Shown in pieces: positions 20,619 to 31,831 of a stretch of 64,000 nt of DNA. The translations under genes and the position numbers were made by a program. Origin of the DNA: an uncultured Planctomycetota bacterium (GTDB lineage: Bacteria; Planctomycetota; Planctomycetia; Isosphaerales; Isosphaeraceae); NCBI GenBank assembly GCA_963823665.1, contig CAWGMQ010000004.1, positions 1,824,001 to 1,888,000 on the forward strand, in the 5' to 3' direction. The notes beneath the pieces were generated by a model. The model was not told the origin of the DNA and made no database searches. It saw only the letters and a list, made by a program, of their open reading frames with translations. Numbering within the stretch: position 1 is the first letter of the stretch; the number at the start of each line of letters is the position of its first letter.

Positions 20619-23244
20619 TCACACCTTGATCAACTCATTAATCTTCGCGAGCGTCGCCTCGCCCGGCTGCTTGGTTCCCTTGCACTGTGGATATTGGGCA
20701 CACCCGAGGAAAAACCCGCGGCGGCTCCGTCGAACCAGCATGGGGCCTCCGCAGTCTTCGCACGTTTCCTCCACGGGTACCGATTTCAAGTCGTTGGCAG
20801 GTGATGCTTTGGCCGGGCTTGGCTGTGCGGCTATCTGGTCCTTCAGGTCGTCGGGCACCGGTGAAGTCCCGCGGCATTTGGGATACTTGAGACAACCGAG
20901 GAATGGACCACGGCGACCGGTCCGCACGGCCATTGTCCCACCGCACTTGGGACAGGCCACTTCGACCTTCACGGGTGGAACCGGACGCCCCTGGTCGTCG
21001 ACCGGCAGCACATTCCGGCACTTGGGGTAGCCTGTGCACCCGATGAAGGCACCGCGGCGCCCTTGCCGCATGACCATGGGCTTGCCGCATTTCTCGCAGA
21101 CGTGTTCTGTCTCGACCACAGCGCGGCACGGGCTTGCCGTCGGGATCGATGTTGAACGACTCCTTGCACTCCGGAAATCCCGAGCACGAATAGAACTTTT
21201 CACCGCGCTTGTTCTCGCGGATCATCAAGGGCTTGGAGCACTTGGGGCAGGTGTGCTCGCTGGCAATCGCTTCCGCGCGGGGCTGGCCCCCCAGCGGCCG
21301 GGTTGCCTTGCACTCGGGATACTTGGAGCAGCCCAGGAACTGGCCGGTCTTGCCGAACTTGAGCACCATGGGAGCACTGCAAACATGACATGTCTCGCTC
21401 GTGGGAATCTGCACACGCTCCATGTGCGATTCCGCCGCCCGCAATTCCTCCTGGAATGGATAGTAGAATTCGTCAAGCACCTTCACCATGTCGGCCTTGG
21501 CCGTGGCAATCTCGTCGAGTTTGCCCTCCATGTGGGCGGTGAACTTCAAGTCGAGGATCTTCGGAAATTGTTCGACAAGCAGGTCGTTGACGGTCATTCC
21601 CAGAAGCGTGGCGTGAAACCGCCGCTCTTTTTGCTCAACGTAGCCGCGATCCTGAATCGTCTGGATGATCGGCGCGTAGGTGCTCGGGCGCCCGATTGCC
21701 TCCTTTTCCAGCGCCTTGATCAGGGTCGCCTCGCTGTACCGCGGGGGAGGCTGGGTGAAGTGCTGTGTGGCGTCAAGCTGGTGAAGGTCCAGTGTCTGCC
21801 CGACGGCGAGCGCCGGCAGCAGCTCGTCATCGTGTTTTCCATGTTGTGGCCAGATCCGGCGATGGCCGTCGAATTTCTGCACTTTCCCCTGCGCCTTGAA
21901 CAAGCCGGCCCCGGCTTTGATTCCGACGTCGGTGACCATGTAGACGGCAGGCGCCATCTGGCTTGCCACGAAACGGTTGTAGATGAGCTGATAGAGTCGA
22001 AACTGATCGTGCGTCAAATGCTGCTTGATCTTCTCCGGCGTGTGGTGCAGCTCGGTGGGGCGGATCGCTTCGTGCGCTTCCTGCGCCAGCTTACCGGCAG
22101 CGTAGCGAATCGGTTTCGCAGGCAGGTACTTTTCGCCGAAGTCGGCCTTGATCTGATCGCGGACGGCACTCACGGCCTCCTCCGAGACGCGAAGGCTGTC
22201 GGTACGCATATAGGTGATCAAGCCGACCGGCCCCGATCCGTCCACGTCGATGCCTTCGTACAGCTCCTGGGCGACCCGCATCGTTTTCTTGCCGGGGAAG
22301 CGCAGCCTGATCACGCCCTGCTGCTGGAGGCTGCTGGTCTTGAACGGAGGCTCGGCCCGATCAAGCTTCTCGGTCGCGTCGACCTTCGAGACACGATAGG
22401 ACGCCGCCTGCAAGGCGTCGCGAATTGCATGAGCATCGGCTTCGGTTTTCGCGTCGAACTTGGCGCCGTTAAATTCGGCGAGGGCCGCTTTGAAACGCTC
22501 GCCGGCCTCGCTCGATCCCTGCGGGCTCACAATGGCGGCGATTTTCCAGTATTCCTCTGTGACGAAATTGTTGATGTCACGCTCACGGTCGGCAATGAGC
22601 CGCACCGCGACCGATTGCACACGCCCGGCACTCAAGTTCCTCGCCCCGATTTTTTTCCAGAGCAGCGGGCTCAACTGGTAGCCCACCACGCGGTCGAGAA
22701 ACCGCCGCGCCTGCTGGGCGTTGACCATGTCCATGTTGATCGGGCCGGACTTGGAAAATGCTTCCTTGACAGCCCGGTCGGTGATTTCGTGGAAGGAAAC
22801 CCGCCGGATGCGGTCTTCATCCAGGCCGAGGGCTTGCTGCAAATGCCAGGCGATTGCTTCGCCTTCCCGGTCGGGGTCGGTCGCCAGATACACCAGCCCG
22901 GAGCGGGCCGCGGTGCGCTTCAGATCGCCGATCGTCTCCTTCTTCGCCGGCACGACCTCGTAAGAAGGCTTGTACCCTTGAGCGACCTCAATGCCCAGCT
23001 TCCGCTTCGGCAGATCGCGCACATGCCCCATGCTCGCCTTGACGACGAACGACGCGCCGAGGAACTTGCCGATCGATCTCGCCTTCTTGGGGCTCTCGAC
23101 AATCACGAGGCCGGGCAGATCACCGTTCCCCTCCGCGCCGGTCATCTGGTCCGATTTCTTGCGAGAGGGGGTGCGCCGGCTCGAGCCTCTCGCCGGTGGA
23201 GGAGGCCCGCTTGCGGACCGATTCCTTGGGCGCCGCACTGCCAT
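20619..23244 (-). CDS. topA: DNA topoisomerase I with five C-terminal C4 zinc ribbons, frameshift ~21125
   Basis: VIVESPKKA, ATDPDREGEAI, SAGRVQS, ITYMRTDS, GIGRPST-like AIGRPSTY; repeated CxxC..GCxxYPxC. Confidence 0.96.
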
Positions 23245-23549
23245 CCGTACTGGGCTTTTGAGGGGTCTTTCGAGCCACGGTGTTTCCTGCCTATCCTGAT
23301 TCCAGATCGCTGCTTCGGTCGAAAAGCCACCGCACGGAGCAGTGGGGTTGACCGATTGATTGAGATTGTTCCGGCGTCAATTCCTGCTACGATAGTACAT
23401 ACGCTGTGAAGGCTCCGGCTCCGAAACCACTCCCCTAAGCGACATAAGCTAGGGTATTGGTGCCTGTCAAGGGCGCCTCTCTGAAACCGTGTACGAAAGG
23501 CCATACATTTCCAGTCAGACCGAGATTAATTTGAAACCCGAGGAAGTCG

Positions 23550-25448
23550 ATGTCTCTTGAGGTCTTTCGCCGTCATCAGAAGAAGCTCCTGGCCGTCTTC
23601 GCCATCCTCGCGATGTTCGGCTTCGTCGTCTCGGACAGCTTGCCCAAGCTGCTTAGCTCGAATTCGGCAATGCGCGATCAGCCCGTTGTCACTCTTTACG
23701 GCAAGACAATCTATCGCAGCGCACTCAATGAGATGCACGATAGACGGAATAATGCGAACATTTTTATGGCCGAGATCAATCCGTTTTCACCTGACGGCCG
23801 GAACCAGTTCGGGGGGGTGAAGGATCGTGATCTCGTTGACGCATTGATCCTCGAGCACGAAGCAGACAGTCTCGGGCTTCCGACCGGGCCCGATGTCGGT
23901 CGTGACTTTCTGAAGAAGATCACCCGGAACCAGATGACCAGCGAAATCTTCGACTCATATGTCGAGCGGATGAACAACCGGGTGAACGGCGAGCAGATCT
24001 TGACGCTCATCGGCGACCAGGTTCGCTTGCTGAAGGTTCGATTTTTGCCGGGCACGGCGCTCGTCACACCGTACGATATCTTCCGCACCTACCGCGATCA
24101 GAACGAGCGGGTCTCGGCCAAGGCCGTCGAGATCCCCGTCGAGAAATTCCTGGCCAAGGTGCCAGAGCCGTCTCCGGCCGAAATCGAGGCGCTGTACGAA
24201 AAATACAAGGACGTCCTGCCTGACGCGACCCGTGAGACTCCGGGTTTCAAGGTCCCCCGGCAAATCCAGGTCGAGATTCTGTCCATCGACGGAAACTCAC
24301 TGGCGCGAGGGATCATGGATACGCTCTCGGAGCAAGACTTGCGGACAGCCTACGAAAACCGCAAGAAGGAATTCCCGGCACGGTCCGAGCTGCCCGTCGA
24401 TCTCTTCGCCGGCCAGCCCGACCTGACTCCGCCGATCCTCAGAACATTTGACGACGTCCGCCCCGAACTCGCTGTGAAGCTGGCCGAGGACCGGGCGGCC
24501 GCGCAGATTTCGGATTCCTTCGCGAAGATCAAGACCGAAGTCCTCGAACCGTTCTACGACCAGTACGGCACGGCGCTCGACGACCTCGAGGAAGCCAGAA
24601 AGAAAGACCCGAAGGCAACCAGAGTCTTGCCAGAAGCGACTGACCTCAAAGAGGTCGCCGAGCGTGAACATCTCAACTACGAGGTCACCAGGTTGCTCTC
24701 ACTAGAGGAAGCCGACCAGTACGGCACGATTTCCAGCGCCCAGGTTGGAACGGTTCCGCTCTCCGGCGGCCACAAGTTCGCCGCCGAGTTCTTCGACACG
24801 AGGAAAGCACTCTACGAACCCGAAGAGCTTGTTGACCTGGGGCGAACCCGATACCTCGCCCGAAAAATCAAGGATGTCGCGCCACACGTTCCGCCTCTCG
24901 ACGAAGTGCGCTCCGATGTGGTTCTCGCGTACAAGACGATGCAAGCACGTGTCATGGCCGAGAAAGCCGCCGCCGAGCTCGCTGCAAAACTCGAGAAGCA
25001 GGGAGGTTCTATCAAGGAATCCATTGTTGATGGATATCGTGTTCTTTCCCTTCCTCCCATTTCGCGAAAACAACCCCAGAGCCGAATTGCCAATCCCTTC
25101 GAGGAGCCCCCGCCCCCGGAAGATACCGTCATCCCGGACGTTGCCCATGCCGGCGACGCGTTTCGAGACGCGTACTTCGCGTTGCGGCCCGGCTCCATCG
25201 CCACGACCGCTAACCAGCCCCGCACCGTCTTCTATGTGCTGGCGCTCGACAAGCGTGAGCCGGCGACCTTCGCAGCGCTTTATGCCCCATACAGTGACTC
25301 CGGAAGCTATGAAAGAACGGCCAGAAAACGTGCCATCGAGGAGCTCGGCGACGATTGGATGAAATGGCTGCGACAAAAGGCAGGGCTATCGAGCGACTGG
25401 ATCCCGCCGGACGAGGTCAAAGGCCGCTCCGGGTCCGACGAAGCGTAG
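23550..25448 (+). CDS. Membrane-anchored periplasmic protein, PpiD/SurA-N-like chaperone
   Basis: FRRHQKK plus N-terminal TM; VTPYDIFRTYRDQNERVS and PSPAEIEALYEKYK resemble PpiD architecture. Confidence 0.6.
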   Translation: MSLEVFRRHQKKLLAVFAILAMFGFVVSDSLPKLLSSNSAMRDQPVVTLYGKTIYRSALNEMHDRRNNANIFMAEINPFSPDGRNQFGGVKDRDLVDALILEHEADSLGLPTGPDVGRDFLKKITRNQMTSEIFDSYVERMNNRVNGEQILTLIGDQVRLLKVRFLPGTALVTPYDIFRTYRDQNERVSAKAVEIPVEKFLAKVPEPSPAEIEALYEKYKDVLPDATRETPGFKVPRQIQVEILSIDGNSLARGIMDTLSEQDLRTAYENRKKEFPARSELPVDLFAGQPDLTPPILRTFDDVRPELAVKLAEDRAAAQISDSFAKIKTEVLEPFYDQYGTALDDLEEARKKDPKATRVLPEATDLKEVAEREHLNYEVTRLLSLEEADQYGTISSAQVGTVPLSGGHKFAAEFFDTRKALYEPEELVDLGRTRYLARKIKDVAPHVPPLDEVRSDVVLAYKTMQARVMAEKAAAELAAKLEKQGGSIKESIVDGYRVLSLPPISRKQPQSRIANPFEEPPPPEDTVIPDVAHAGDAFRDAYFALRPGSIATTANQPRTVFYVLALDKREPATFAALYAPYSDSGSYERTARKRAIEELGDDWMKWLRQKAGLSSDWIPPDEVKGRSGSDEA

Positions 25449-25488
25449 CTTCTCCGCTGCGCTTTAGCGACCCTCTGTCGTCCCGTTG

Positions 25489-26100
25489 CTAATGCATCGA
25501 CTTTCCCAGGAAAATCAGGCAGATCCACGCGAGTGGCCAGGTCAGAAGTAGCGCGATTGCAGCGCTGTGCGTCCAGCCGCGCACGATCCCTGCGCCCCGC
25601 GGGGTCGCCGGCCCGAGCATTCGCAAGCCGATCGCCACCACAAGGGGCGCCAGTCCGAATCGCACCACATCACCGAGCTTGAACTCGTGCAGCCGCTGCG
25701 GAATGACAAAAATGCCGAGCACGATCCAGTACGCTCCGATCAACAGCCACGCACGCTCGGCCCAGGTGGTTCGCGCGTCTCTCGCTGACACATCTCGCCC
25801 GCCGCTCCCGCCGCTTGGCGACAGCAGCCGCCGCGACGAATCCAGGGTGCTTTCCGAATCCAGATCCAAAGGCGCCGGCGCCCGCCGGGAGAGCCGGCGC
25901 CGCAGCATGATGATCGGCCCACTCATCGCCAGGCCCAGCCAGAGATAAAGCACGGCGCTGGGAAACCCCAGCGCCGACCAAGGCGGGCTGGCGGGCCAGA
26001 ACGCACGGAAAAGCACCGCGGCCATTCCGTACCCAACAACGAGCGCCAAGATGTCTTGAAGCTCGACCTGAACCCGGGCCCCTTCAGACGGTGCAAGCAT
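25489..26100 (-). CDS. Hypothetical membrane protein (~5 TM)
   Basis: Hydrophobic segments; starts 8 bp after the upstream paralog-like gene. Confidence 0.7.
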   Translation of the reverse strand: MLAPSEGARVQVELQDILALVVGYGMAAVLFRAFWPASPPWSALGFPSAVLYLWLGLAMSGPIIMLRRRLSRRAPAPLDLDSESTLDSSRRLLSPSGGSGGRDVSARDARTTWAERAWLLIGAYWIVLGIFVIPQRLHEFKLGDVVRFGLAPLVVAIGLRMLGPATPRGAGIVRGWTHSAAIALLLTWPLAWICLIFLGKSMH

Positions 26101-26108
26101 TGGCTCAC

Positions 26109-26630
26109 TCAGCTCAAGACTACCATTCCGAGTCCCCACTGAATCGGCCACGCAATCGACAAAATCAGGCCAACGCGGTTGGTCCACGGAGCCGCGTCAA
26201 CGGCCGCGGCTTTGTCAGGAGGAACCATCACCCAGGTGCCCCAAACAACAATGAGTGCAATGAGACATACTACCCCCAGACCCACAACCAACGTAGTTGA
26301 GAACAGAGGATTGTGCCGTGGTTCTGTGCCCGGTGTAGCCGACTGGAGAACTGCGGTCACACACCACGGAAGGCCGAGCAAGCCCCAGAGCCGGTCACCG
26401 ATCTTCGGATAATTCGGCAGGCGTCTGACGAATCTACGGCCCAGGTAAAAGAATGGACCAGCAGCAGTCGTCGCGACACAGCAGAACGTGAGAGCAATCA
26501 TGATCCATCCAGGCCCAGACAGATCGACACGCCGAATCCCGAGCACGTGGACGGATGCGATCGCTGCCCCCACAACTAGCGCAGCCCCGTCCAGAACACT
26601 GAATCCGCCGCCGTGGTCAATTCGCTCCAT
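26109..26630 (-). CDS. Hypothetical membrane protein (~5 TM)
   Basis: MERIDHGGGFSVLDGAALV; hydrophobic segments; divergent from der. Confidence 0.7.
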   Translation of the reverse strand: MERIDHGGGFSVLDGAALVVGAAIASVHVLGIRRVDLSGPGWIMIALTFCCVATTAAGPFFYLGRRFVRRLPNYPKIGDRLWGLLGLPWCVTAVLQSATPGTEPRHNPLFSTTLVVGLGVVCLIALIVVWGTWVMVPPDKAAAVDAAPWTNRVGLILSIAWPIQWGLGMVVLS

Positions 26631-26801
26631 CTCGCCCAAGCCTCTTGGTTTCCTTCTACGAAGGATTTCACGACCCGGAGCTGTTGTATCGATTGCCATC
26701 GAGCTGTTTGCGCGGTCGACATTCGCGCATATTTGCCGCACACGCGGCAGACGGCGTATAATTAACTTTCATCCTACCTTATTTCCCTCTCGGTGATCGA
26801 C

Positions 26802-28328
26802 ATGGCACTTCCCAAGGTCGTGATCGTGGGCCGGCCCAACGTCGGCAAGTCGTCGGTCTTCAACTGGCTCGCGGGGCGAAGGATCGCGATCGTTGACGCA
26901 ATGGCCGGTGTCACCAGGGATCGTGTCGGCTCGTTGGTGCAAATCGGCGACGACGTGAACCCGAGGTTCATCGAGCTTTTCGATACCGGTGGCGTCGGAA
27001 TCGTTGACCGCGATGATCTGGGTGAAGACGTGGAGCGCCAGATCGACACGGCCATGAACGAAGCCGACTTGATTCTCTTCGTCGTCGACATTCGCGACGA
27101 GCTCATGCCGCTGGATCTCGAGGTGGCCCACCGCCTCCGCTATTTGAAGACGCCGGTGATCCTCGTGATGAACAAGTCCGACGTTCCCCAGCTCGACCAT
27201 CGAGGCGCCGAGTTTTACAAGCTGGGGCGCGGCAAGCCGATCGCGGTGTCGGTCCATCAGGACCGCAATCGAAACCAGTTGCTCAACTTGATTGAAGAGA
27301 TGCTTCCCCCCTCCGACGCCGAGAAGCCGGCTGACACGGAGATGAAGATCGCCGTCGTGGGCAGGCCGAATACAGGTAAGTCCACGTTGATCAACACCCT
27401 GGCAAGAGCGGAGCGCATGATCGTTTCCGAGCGGCCGGGGACGACCCGAGACTCCGTTGACGTCCATTTCGAGCTCGACAACCTGCCGTTTCTGGCGATC
27501 GATACCGCGGGCATCAAGCGCAGCTCCAAGATCCGCGACAACCTCGACTTTTACTCCTTCCATCGCGCCCAGCGCTCGATTCGCCGGGCCGACGTCGTCC
27601 TCCTCTTCATTGATCCGACCCAGGGGATCACCCGGCTGGACAAGCAGCTCGCCGACTATATCAGCCAGGAACACAAGCCCTGCATTTTCACGATCAATAA
27701 GTGGGACCTGATGCAGAAAGACGCGGCCGACCCGTCGATGGGGAACATGGCGCGCTATGCCAACCTCGTCCAGTATTCGTTCCGCTCGATGAGCTACATG
27801 CCGATGGCGTTCATCACCGCACAGACCGGAAAGAACGTGAAAGCGCTCGTCAACCTCGCGCAGTCCCTCTTCAAACAGTCTCGACTTCGAGTGAGCACCG
27901 GCACTCTGAACCGTGTATTGCGCGAGGCCGTCGACGCCCATCCGCCGGCGTCGCGCGAGAATCGAGCTGCGCGCATCTATTACGCCACCCAGGTCGGAGT
28001 GACTCCCCCCACCGTGGTCCTGTTCGTCAACAGTACGCAGCTCTTCGACGCGACTTATCAGCGCTACCTCTTGAACGTCTTCCGCGAACGATTGCCGTTT
28101 CGCGACATCCCCATCAAGCTCTACATGCGATCGCGCCGCCAGGCGACGGAAACCTCCCACGCTACGACCGAGAAATGGGAAGAGAACTCCGACGAGATCA
28201 CCCCGGAAAGCCCCAAGAAGCACCAGGAGCACGCCCTCCCCGTCGCCCATCGCCAGGCCCATTTCGATATCGCCAGCCGCTTCTTGAACCGCGAGGTGAA
28301 CGAGTTGCTCTCCGATCTGGACGGCTAA
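26802..28328 (+). CDS. der: Ribosome biogenesis GTPase Der (EngA)
   Basis: Two GTPase domains (GRPNVGKS/DTGG/NKSD and GRPNTGKS/DTAG/NKWD) plus KH-like C-terminus. Confidence 0.97.
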   Translation: MALPKVVIVGRPNVGKSSVFNWLAGRRIAIVDAMAGVTRDRVGSLVQIGDDVNPRFIELFDTGGVGIVDRDDLGEDVERQIDTAMNEADLILFVVDIRDELMPLDLEVAHRLRYLKTPVILVMNKSDVPQLDHRGAEFYKLGRGKPIAVSVHQDRNRNQLLNLIEEMLPPSDAEKPADTEMKIAVVGRPNTGKSTLINTLARAERMIVSERPGTTRDSVDVHFELDNLPFLAIDTAGIKRSSKIRDNLDFYSFHRAQRSIRRADVVLLFIDPTQGITRLDKQLADYISQEHKPCIFTINKWDLMQKDAADPSMGNMARYANLVQYSFRSMSYMPMAFITAQTGKNVKALVNLAQSLFKQSRLRVSTGTLNRVLREAVDAHPPASRENRAARIYYATQVGVTPPTVVLFVNSTQLFDATYQRYLLNVFRERLPFRDIPIKLYMRSRRQATETSHATTEKWEENSDEITPESPKKHQEHALPVAHRQAHFDIASRFLNREVNELLSDLDG

Positions 28329-28526
28329 AAACCGACTCGATATGGGCTGCCTCGAGACTGGCCCGGTGAACTCTGAAGCGGTCATCGCGCGTCGTTGCCG
28401 GCCCGGTGCCGAGCGCGCCGCCTTGATTATCGCCAATGAGTCTGGTCGAATGGCTCTGGCCAGGTACGGGAGCTTGAAGCGGGCTGAAGCCGCTGGCACC
28501 GTTGACGGTCGCGGAGACGAGCGCGG

Positions 28527-29669
28527 ATGAAGGTTGGCGTACCCAAAGAGATCAAGTCGGACGAGTACCGGGTGGCGATGCTCCCCGTCGGCGCACTCGA
28601 GTTGTCGCAGGCCGGGCACACCGTCTTGATCGAGACAGGCGCCGGCCAGGGAAGCGGAATCGCCGACCTCGCCTATCGAGACTCCGGTGCCACGATCGTG
28701 AGCGATTCTGCGGAAATCTGGGCCGAGGCCGAGCTCATCGTCAAGGTGAAGGAGCCTCTGCCACCGGAGTGGCCTCGCCTCCGCGCTGGCCAGGTGGTTT
28801 TTACCTACTTCCACTTTGCCGCAGACGAAGCCCTCACCCGAGCGATCATCGACAGCGGCATCACGGCAATCGCCTACGAGACCCTGCGCGACTCCCGTGG
28901 AAGCCTGCCTCTCTTGACGCCGATGAGCGAGGTTGCAGGGCGCATGAGCATTCAGGAGGGAGCCAAGTTCCTGGAGCGCCCCCAGGAAGGCCGGGGAATC
29001 CTCCTCTCCGGCGTGCCCGGCGTCGCCCCCGCCGAGATCGCAATCCTGGGAGGAGGTGTCGTCGGGTCCAACGCCGCCAAGGTCGCCGCCGGCTTCGGCG
29101 CCAACGTTCGGATCCTCGATATCAACCTCGATCGCCTCCGTTACCTGGACGACATCATGCCGCCCAACGTCACCACACTCTATTCCGACCGCCATACGAT
29201 CATGGAATCGATCGAACGGGCAGACCTGGTGATCGGCGCGATCTTGATAACCGGCGCACGCGCGCCGCGCCTTCTCAAACGCGAAGACCTGAGCCGGATG
29301 AAGAACGGCGCGGTGATCGTCGATGTGGCCATCGATCAAGGCGGATGCGTTGCCACCAGCCGCCCCACGACTCATCGCCAGCCGACCTACCTGGTCGATG
29401 GAGTGGTCCATTACTGCGTGACCAACATGCCCGGGGCCGTCGGCCGCACCAGCACGTATGCCTTGTGCAACGTCACTCTCCCCTACGTGCTCCAGCTCGC
29501 CAACCACGGCTGGCATGAGGTCGCTGCGGCCGACCTGGGTGTTGCGACGGGAATTAACATCGACCGCGGCCGCGTCACCAACCAGGCAGTAGCTTCCACG
29601 TTCGGGCTCCCTTGCTCCGCGCTCGACGCCCGCCAGGAATCCGTAAATGTGCCAATCGGAGCAACATGA
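28527..29669 (+). CDS. ald: Alanine dehydrogenase
   Basis: GVPKEIK..EYRV, KVKEP, PMSEVAGR, GGGVVG, DVAIDQGGC, HYCVTNMPGAV. Confidence 0.97.
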   Translation: MKVGVPKEIKSDEYRVAMLPVGALELSQAGHTVLIETGAGQGSGIADLAYRDSGATIVSDSAEIWAEAELIVKVKEPLPPEWPRLRAGQVVFTYFHFAADEALTRAIIDSGITAIAYETLRDSRGSLPLLTPMSEVAGRMSIQEGAKFLERPQEGRGILLSGVPGVAPAEIAILGGGVVGSNAAKVAAGFGANVRILDINLDRLRYLDDIMPPNVTTLYSDRHTIMESIERADLVIGAILITGARAPRLLKREDLSRMKNGAVIVDVAIDQGGCVATSRPTTHRQPTYLVDGVVHYCVTNMPGAVGRTSTYALCNVTLPYVLQLANHGWHEVAAADLGVATGINIDRGRVTNQAVASTFGLPCSALDARQESVNVPIGAT

Positions 29670-29810
29670 TCTAATCATGACACGTTCACACCCTTTCTCG
29701 CCGTGGCAACAAAAAGCCGCACCCGCGTGCAATCCGCTGCGTCAACCAGAGCAGAGGCCTCTCCTTCGGCCCGCGGCTTACATTCCTCTCTTCTTCCAGG
29801 AGCCCAACCG

Positions 29811-30155
29811 ATGAGCGAAGACGATTATGGCAGCAAGAACGGCGGCACAGGCCCCGACGATGAAACCGATCTCGAAGAAAGCGAGGAAGCACTCGAAGAT
29901 GCACTCGAGCTCGATACCCAGAGCCAGATCTTTCTTGAGATGCGCCAGCAAAACCTCGACCTCCTGCGCATCGCAATCGAAGTAGCCGGCTACACCGGCC
30001 AGCACCCTGCGCTTAAAGGCGACGACGTGAAAAAGGCCCTGCACAACATCTGGGAAGTATTCTCGGAATTCTATTCGTGGATCGACCCGGAGGAGCTCGA
30101 GGGCGATGATGATGAAGAAGATGACGATGATCTGGACGAAGACGACGATGATTGA
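29811..30155 (+). CDS. Small acidic hypothetical protein
   Basis: AGGAG RBS; D/E-rich termini around a helical core. Confidence 0.7.
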   Translation: MSEDDYGSKNGGTGPDDETDLEESEEALEDALELDTQSQIFLEMRQQNLDLLRIAIEVAGYTGQHPALKGDDVKKALHNIWEVFSEFYSWIDPEELEGDDDEEDDDDLDEDDDD

Positions 30156-30245
30156 TCACCGCTTGCACTCAGGCAATATCGCTTGAAGCTCCCCAAGCTT
30201 CTCCGAAATCGTGAGCGCAGGCGCAGTTTGAATTCCCCTCTAGAG

Positions 30246-31322
30246 ATGTCGATGAGCGGCCAAATTGATGCGTTATCCACCCTCCGCTGGGTTGGCGATC
30301 CGGCGACCGGGTGCTTGAAGCTGGTTGACCAGACCCTGCTGCCGATCGAGCATATCGAGATCGATTGCCGCGACGTGCCCACGGTCTGGGAGGCGATTAA
30401 ATCCTTGCGAGTGCGCGGCGCGCCCGCGATCGGAGTCGCAGCAGCCTACGGGGCCGTGTTAGGCGCACGCTCCCGGGGAATAGAAGATGCGGCAACCGTG
30501 CGCCGCGCCCTTGCGGAGGCGACCAGGAGTCTTCGAACCAGCCGGCCCACGGCCGTCAACCTGTTCTGGGCACTTGACCGCATGGACCGCTGCCTGCCGC
30601 CTGATGGAGCAGAGAATGGCGCTGAGCTACTGGAATTGCTTCTCGCCGAGGCGCGCTCGATCGACGGTGAAGATCGCGCCATGTGCCGCGCCATCGGTCG
30701 CTTCGGAGCTCCTCTGGTCGGGCCCGGTGATGGAGTGCTCACGCACTGCAACGCCGGCGGCCTGGCAACCTCCGACTATGGAACCGCCCTCGCCGTGATC
30801 TTCGCCGCTCACGAGCACGGCACGCCCGTGCATGTCTTTGCCGACGAGACGCGCCCGCTCTTGCAAGGCGCTCGCTTGACGGCCTGGGAGCTCAAGGGAC
30901 GGGGCATTCCGGTCACGCTCATCTGCGACAACATGGCCGCGCAGGTCATGCGGGAAGGTAAGATCCAACTGGTGGTCGTGGGAGCCGATCGCATCGCCGC
31001 AAACGGCGACACCGCCAACAAGATCGGAACCTACGGCGTGGCCGTGCTCGCCCAGGCTCACGGGATCCCGTTCTACGTCGCCGCCCCATCGAACACCTTT
31101 GACCTGTCGATCTCCGACGGAGCCGCCATCCCCATCGAGCAGCGCGACCCGCGCGAAATTACCCACGGCTTCGGCCGCCAGACGGCGCCCGACGGCATCG
31201 ACGTGTACAACCCGGCCTTCGACGTCACTCCAGCCAAGCTCATCGCCGGTATCATCACCGAGAAAGGCGTGATCCGGCCAGTGAATCGAGAGACGATCCA
31301 TACTGTCCTGGCCCTCTCCTGA
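30246..31322 (+). CDS. mtnA: S-methyl-5-thioribose-1-phosphate isomerase
   Basis: VRGAPAIG, SRPTAVNL, THCNAGGLAT, ETRPLLQG, NGDTANKIG, NPAFDVTP. Confidence 0.96.
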   Translation: MSMSGQIDALSTLRWVGDPATGCLKLVDQTLLPIEHIEIDCRDVPTVWEAIKSLRVRGAPAIGVAAAYGAVLGARSRGIEDAATVRRALAEATRSLRTSRPTAVNLFWALDRMDRCLPPDGAENGAELLELLLAEARSIDGEDRAMCRAIGRFGAPLVGPGDGVLTHCNAGGLATSDYGTALAVIFAAHEHGTPVHVFADETRPLLQGARLTAWELKGRGIPVTLICDNMAAQVMREGKIQLVVVGADRIAANGDTANKIGTYGVAVLAQAHGIPFYVAAPSNTFDLSISDGAAIPIEQRDPREITHGFGRQTAPDGIDVYNPAFDVTPAKLIAGIITEKGVIRPVNRETIHTVLALS

Positions 31323-31349
31323 GTCGTCAAGAACCCACAACTCCGCCCA

Positions 31350-31688
31350 GTGAGCCGCCCCATGCTTTGCCACAATGTTTTCTTCTCGCTTCATGATCGC
31401 TCCGAGGCCGCGGTCGCAAAGATGCTGACCGCTTGCCGCAAATACCTGACCGGCCACCCTGGCACCCATTTCTTCGCCTGCGGAACCCCGAATCAGGAAC
31501 TGACTCGCCCGGTCAACGATCACGACTTCGACATCGCACTCCACATCGTCTTCGATTCCAAGGAAGCCCACGACGCATATCAGGAAGCACCAGCTCACGA
31601 GCAGTTCATCAAAGAAAACAAAGCTTCCTGGCGTCTCGTGCGCGTCTTTGACTCCGACGTCGAGCCAGCCCGCAACACAGCCCCGTGA
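31350..31688 (+). CDS. Dabb-family (stress-responsive alpha/beta barrel) protein
   Basis: HNVFFSL, DFDIALHIVF, HDAYQ..PAH, VRVFD. Confidence 0.85.
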   Translation: MSRPMLCHNVFFSLHDRSEAAVAKMLTACRKYLTGHPGTHFFACGTPNQELTRPVNDHDFDIALHIVFDSKEAHDAYQEAPAHEQFIKENKASWRLVRVFDSDVEPARNTAP

Positions 31689-31831
31689 TGTCACCTTAAC
31701 TCCCCTCGTTGCGAAGCAGGGCATGGTGGGCGAATGGCCCAACTCGCCAGTGATCCGATCAAACTACCCACATATTTTCCCCCCTTAAGAAGGGGGTAGG
31801 GGGGGTCGATCGCGAATGGCTCCCGTCCTCT

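Noticed and set aside
20619..21400. Separate zinc-ribbon gene after topA
   Set aside because: Continues the TopA C-terminal repeats across a single frameshift
21034..29732. Long antisense ORFs (21034-23409 +, 26769-29732 -; also 14560-16203, 41571-43022, 59043-60563)
   Set aside because: Shadow frames opposite recognisable genes in high-GC DNA
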